DNA of 20,000 bases from positions 80,725,310 to 80,745,309 of the forward strand of contig NC_057711.1 of NCBI RefSeq assembly GCF_004010195.1. Reading direction: 5' to 3'. A model generated the notes under the pieces. That model worked only from the letters and a program-made list of their open reading frames with translations, was not told the DNA's origin and searched no databases. Positions 19,411 to 20,000 of the stretch are shown piece by piece. The stretch is from Chiloscyllium plagiosum (taxonomy: Eukaryota). Each line of letters opens with the position of its first letter. The stretch's first letter is position 1. The position numbers were made by a program, and so were the translations under genes.

Positions 19411-20000
19411 TTTCGTGGAGGTAGCACTAGCTCGCAGAAAGTGTCCTACGCATCAAATACCAAACAATACATTGATTTGTTGACCTGTGGATTGAAGAGT
19501 GAGGCTTTAGCTCAGGAGTCTTTGATAAGGAGGTTGAGTGAAGTGATTATGCCACAGTTGAAGAGGGTGAAGACATGACTGCCAAGCTGGTTCAGTGTGC
19601 TACGTGCTTGATGTGGGAGGTCAACGACTCTGGTGTGTCTGGCTTGTGTAAGTGTGGAAAGTGTGTGCATGTTCAGCTACTGACAGAGCATATTGCAGCA
19701 CTGATGAAAGAACTCAAGGACCTTAGGCTCATCCGAGAGAACGAGATCTTTCTGGACAAGACCTTTAGCGTGGTTATTACACCAATCATGCCAGAAGAGA
19801 GCAGAAGAGAGCAGACGATGAGGAAGGCAGAGAGGAGACAGGTGCAAGAGACCTCGGGGGAAGTACCTGTCAGGAACAAGTTGAATCTTTTGGAAACAGT
19901 AGAGACAGATGACACTGCTAGTCCGCGAGGCGGCCAGGTCTGTCAATCAAAAGTTGGCATGGAGGCAGAGCGGAAGAGTCGGACATCGCACAGAGCCGTG
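19411..20000 (+). mobile_element. 5' end (5' UTR plus ORF1) of a CR1 LINE continuing past the window
   Basis: Composition shifts to higher GC with CpGs after the T-run at ~19405-19413; open ORF1 from 19575. The 5' boundary is approximate. Confidence 0.85.
19575..20000 (+). CDS. CR1 ORF1 protein, N-terminal 142 aa (zinc finger/leucine zipper; esterase domain expected next)
   Basis: Stop-free to the edge: MTAKLVQCATCLMWEVNDSGVSGLCKCGKCVHVQLLTEHIAALMKELKDLRLIRENEIFLDKTFSVVITP...VPVRNKLNLL...RAV. It has CxxC-x15-CxxC, a heptad region and an N(R/K)(F/Y)xxL-like motif; RAV normally precedes (V/I)GDS of the SGNH esterase. Confidence 0.85.
   Translation, partial: MTAKLVQCATCLMWEVNDSGVSGLCKCGKCVHVQLLTEHIAALMKELKDLRLIRENEIFLDKTFSVVITPIMPEESRREQTMRKAERRQVQETSGEVPVRNKLNLLETVETDDTASPRGGQVCQSKVGMEAERKSRTSHRAV

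Noticed and set aside
19673..19946. Two minus-strand ORFs
   Set aside because: Antisense shadows of CR1 ORF1.
1..20000. CRISPR arrays, prokaryotic operons, endogenous viral genes
   Set aside because: No regularly spaced repeats or long non-TE ORFs; the content is vertebrate repeat-rich DNA.

Overview
AT-rich eukaryotic DNA, densely packed with transposable elements. The repeat set (HE1-type V-SINEs, CR1/HER1-type LINEs, hammerhead-bearing Penelope termini) points to a cartilaginous fish, probably a shark (inference). I recognise no host protein-coding exon, so the window is intronic or intergenic. It holds three HE1-like SINEs, four copies of a short (~120 bp) tRNA-derived SINE, a TA-flanked Tigger/pogo-like MITE, many CR1/L2-group LINE fragments (several nested), a Penelope-like GIY-YIG fragment, and the 5' end of a CR1 with an open ORF1 that runs off the window and is missing from the ORF track. 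The most unusual structure is at 13720-13870: a ~98-bp Penelope terminus with an intact minimal hammerhead ribozyme core has inserted, with a 14-bp TSD, into the hammerhead core of a different Penelope element, giving two back-to-back hammerheads. A second ~140-bp solo hammerhead insertion with a 15-bp TSD sits inside an HE1 SINE. Family names come from recalled consensus features, not database searches, and boundaries of degraded elements are approximate. I see no evidence for a wholly new biological system beyond these TE-level observations.
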